Source of the DNA: Octopus bimaculoides
Lineage: Eukaryota
Assembly: GCF_001194135.2 (NCBI RefSeq)
Contig: NC_068991.1
Coordinates: 13,630,884-13,694,883 of the forward strand
Length of the DNA: 64,000 nt
Direction: 5' to 3'
The position numbers were made by a program, and so were the translations under genes. The notes under the pieces were generated by a model. It saw nothing but the letters and a program-made list of their open reading frames with translations. It had not been told where the DNA came from and did no database searches. Below are positions 62,561 to 64,000 of this stretch, piece by piece. Within the stretch, counting starts at the first letter, position 1. Every line of letters starts with the position of its first letter.

Positions 62561-62893
62561 CTTGTTGGAATGTGAATTATCTTAAGATCCCATGTCTTGT
62601 GTGCGATACATACATGCACTCTGTGTTTACCTTTCTTGTTACTCTATTTTCGGCTGTCTCAATTGCAACGTCTTTCAATTCACACCAGTATTGATTTATA
62701 TCTGTTTCTGCGTTAATGCAGAGATGCTATACATAGATACTGCGGAAAGCTCTTCTCCGCATTACGTTACCCAGGAATTATTGTATCTTGCAAAATATTT
62801 CCTTACTTTCATTTTTTAAATATTGAAGTTAGCAATGTTTCTCAAGGTGGATATTCTAACGAATTCTAGAGCTTTCTAAATCAAACTCTTATT

Positions 62894-63276
62894 TGGAGGC
62901 GCAATGGCCCAGTGGTTAGGGCAGCGGACTCGCGGTCATAGGATCGCGGTTTCGATTCCGAGACCGGGCGTTATGAGTGTTTATTGAGCGAAAACACCTA
63001 AAGCACCACGAGGCTCCGGCAGGGGATGGTGGAGAACCCTGCAGTACTCTTTCACCACAAATTTTTCTCACTCTTTCTTCCTGTTTCTGTTGTGCCTGTA
63101 ATTCAAAGGGTCAGCCTTGTCACACTGTGTCACGCTGAATATCCCCGAGAACTACGTTAAGGGTACACGTGTTTGTGGAGTGCTCAGCCACTTGCACGTT
63201 AATTTCACGAGCAGGCTGTTCCGTTGATCGGATCAACTGGAACCCTTGACGTCGTAAGCGACGGAGTGCCAACAAC
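62894..63276 (+). mobile_element. SINE family C, full length, tRNA-Arg-like head, (CAA)n end
   Basis: A box tggcccagtgg, B box ggtttcgattcc, anticodon-like actcgcg; two 3' hairpins gttgat-cgg-atcaac and cgtcg-taag-cgacg. Confidence 0.93.
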
Positions 63277-63626
63277 TAGAAATGTAACTGTTTCTAACAC
63301 CCTAGCCATATTTAGTGACAATTATAGATTTCCTTTCTGGTACAATATTTCAAACTGCTGTTCTCTGTCTCTGTCTCTCTCTGTCTGTCTGTCTGTCTNN
63401 NNNNNNNNNNNNNNNNNNNNNNNNNNNNNNNNNNNNNNNNNNNNNNNNNNNNNNNNNNNNNNNNNNNNNNNNNNNNNNNNNNNNNNNNNNNNNNNNNNNN
63501 NNNNNNNNNNNNNNNNNNNNNNNNNNNNNNNNNNNNNNNNNNNNNNNNNNNNNNNNNNNNNNNNNNNNNNNNNNNNNNNNNNNNNNNNNNNNNNNNNNNN
63601 NNNNNNNNNNNNNNNNNNNNNNNNNN

Positions 63627-63669
<43 letters not shown>

Positions 63670-64000
63670 CAAGGACTGAATGAGGAAAACACAACAAACG
63701 AAAAATTTGACAAAATGTTCCGTTTGTAAACGGAAATTTCGTGGCTGATTCCTCATCAGTCAATGTCCAAGACATCCAAATAGTTTCGCGACACACATAC
63801 ACTCATACAGATACATGCGCCCGCGCACACACACATATATATACACACGTATATACATACATGTATATATCATATTATATCTATACATGTGGATGTGTAT
63901 AAAGTAGGGGAATGGGAAAACGAGATAGAGAAAGATAAATAAATATATAAATGCTTTGATAGATCAGTACACAGGCAGACAGATACATAGACAGACAGAC

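Overview
AT-rich eukaryotic scaffold, mostly non-coding, with 23 N-gaps (about 7.5 kb in total), most flanked by (TA)n or (CA)n tracts. The repeat content suggests a coleoid cephalopod, probably Octopus; this is an inference. Almost all ORFs in the supplied track are microsatellite or gap read-through. What can be supported: several tRNA-derived SINE families (labelled A, B, C, D here) in dozens of copies; decayed mariner, maT (DD37D) and Tc1 transposase fragments; a hAT/Charlie non-autonomous element with a perfect 8-bp TSD; the 3' end of an RTE LINE with tandem C2H2 fingers; other weak RT relics; Penelope-like relics; and a tRNA-Leu pseudogene. No host gene can be named; a few candidate exons are listed at low confidence. 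The best second-look signals are an apparently intact type I hammerhead ribozyme at 6623-6668 among several decayed hammerhead cores, a 104-nt long hairpin at 28481-28584, all four combinations of SINE central domain and tail in one window, and a tRNA-Leu-headed SINE chimera.
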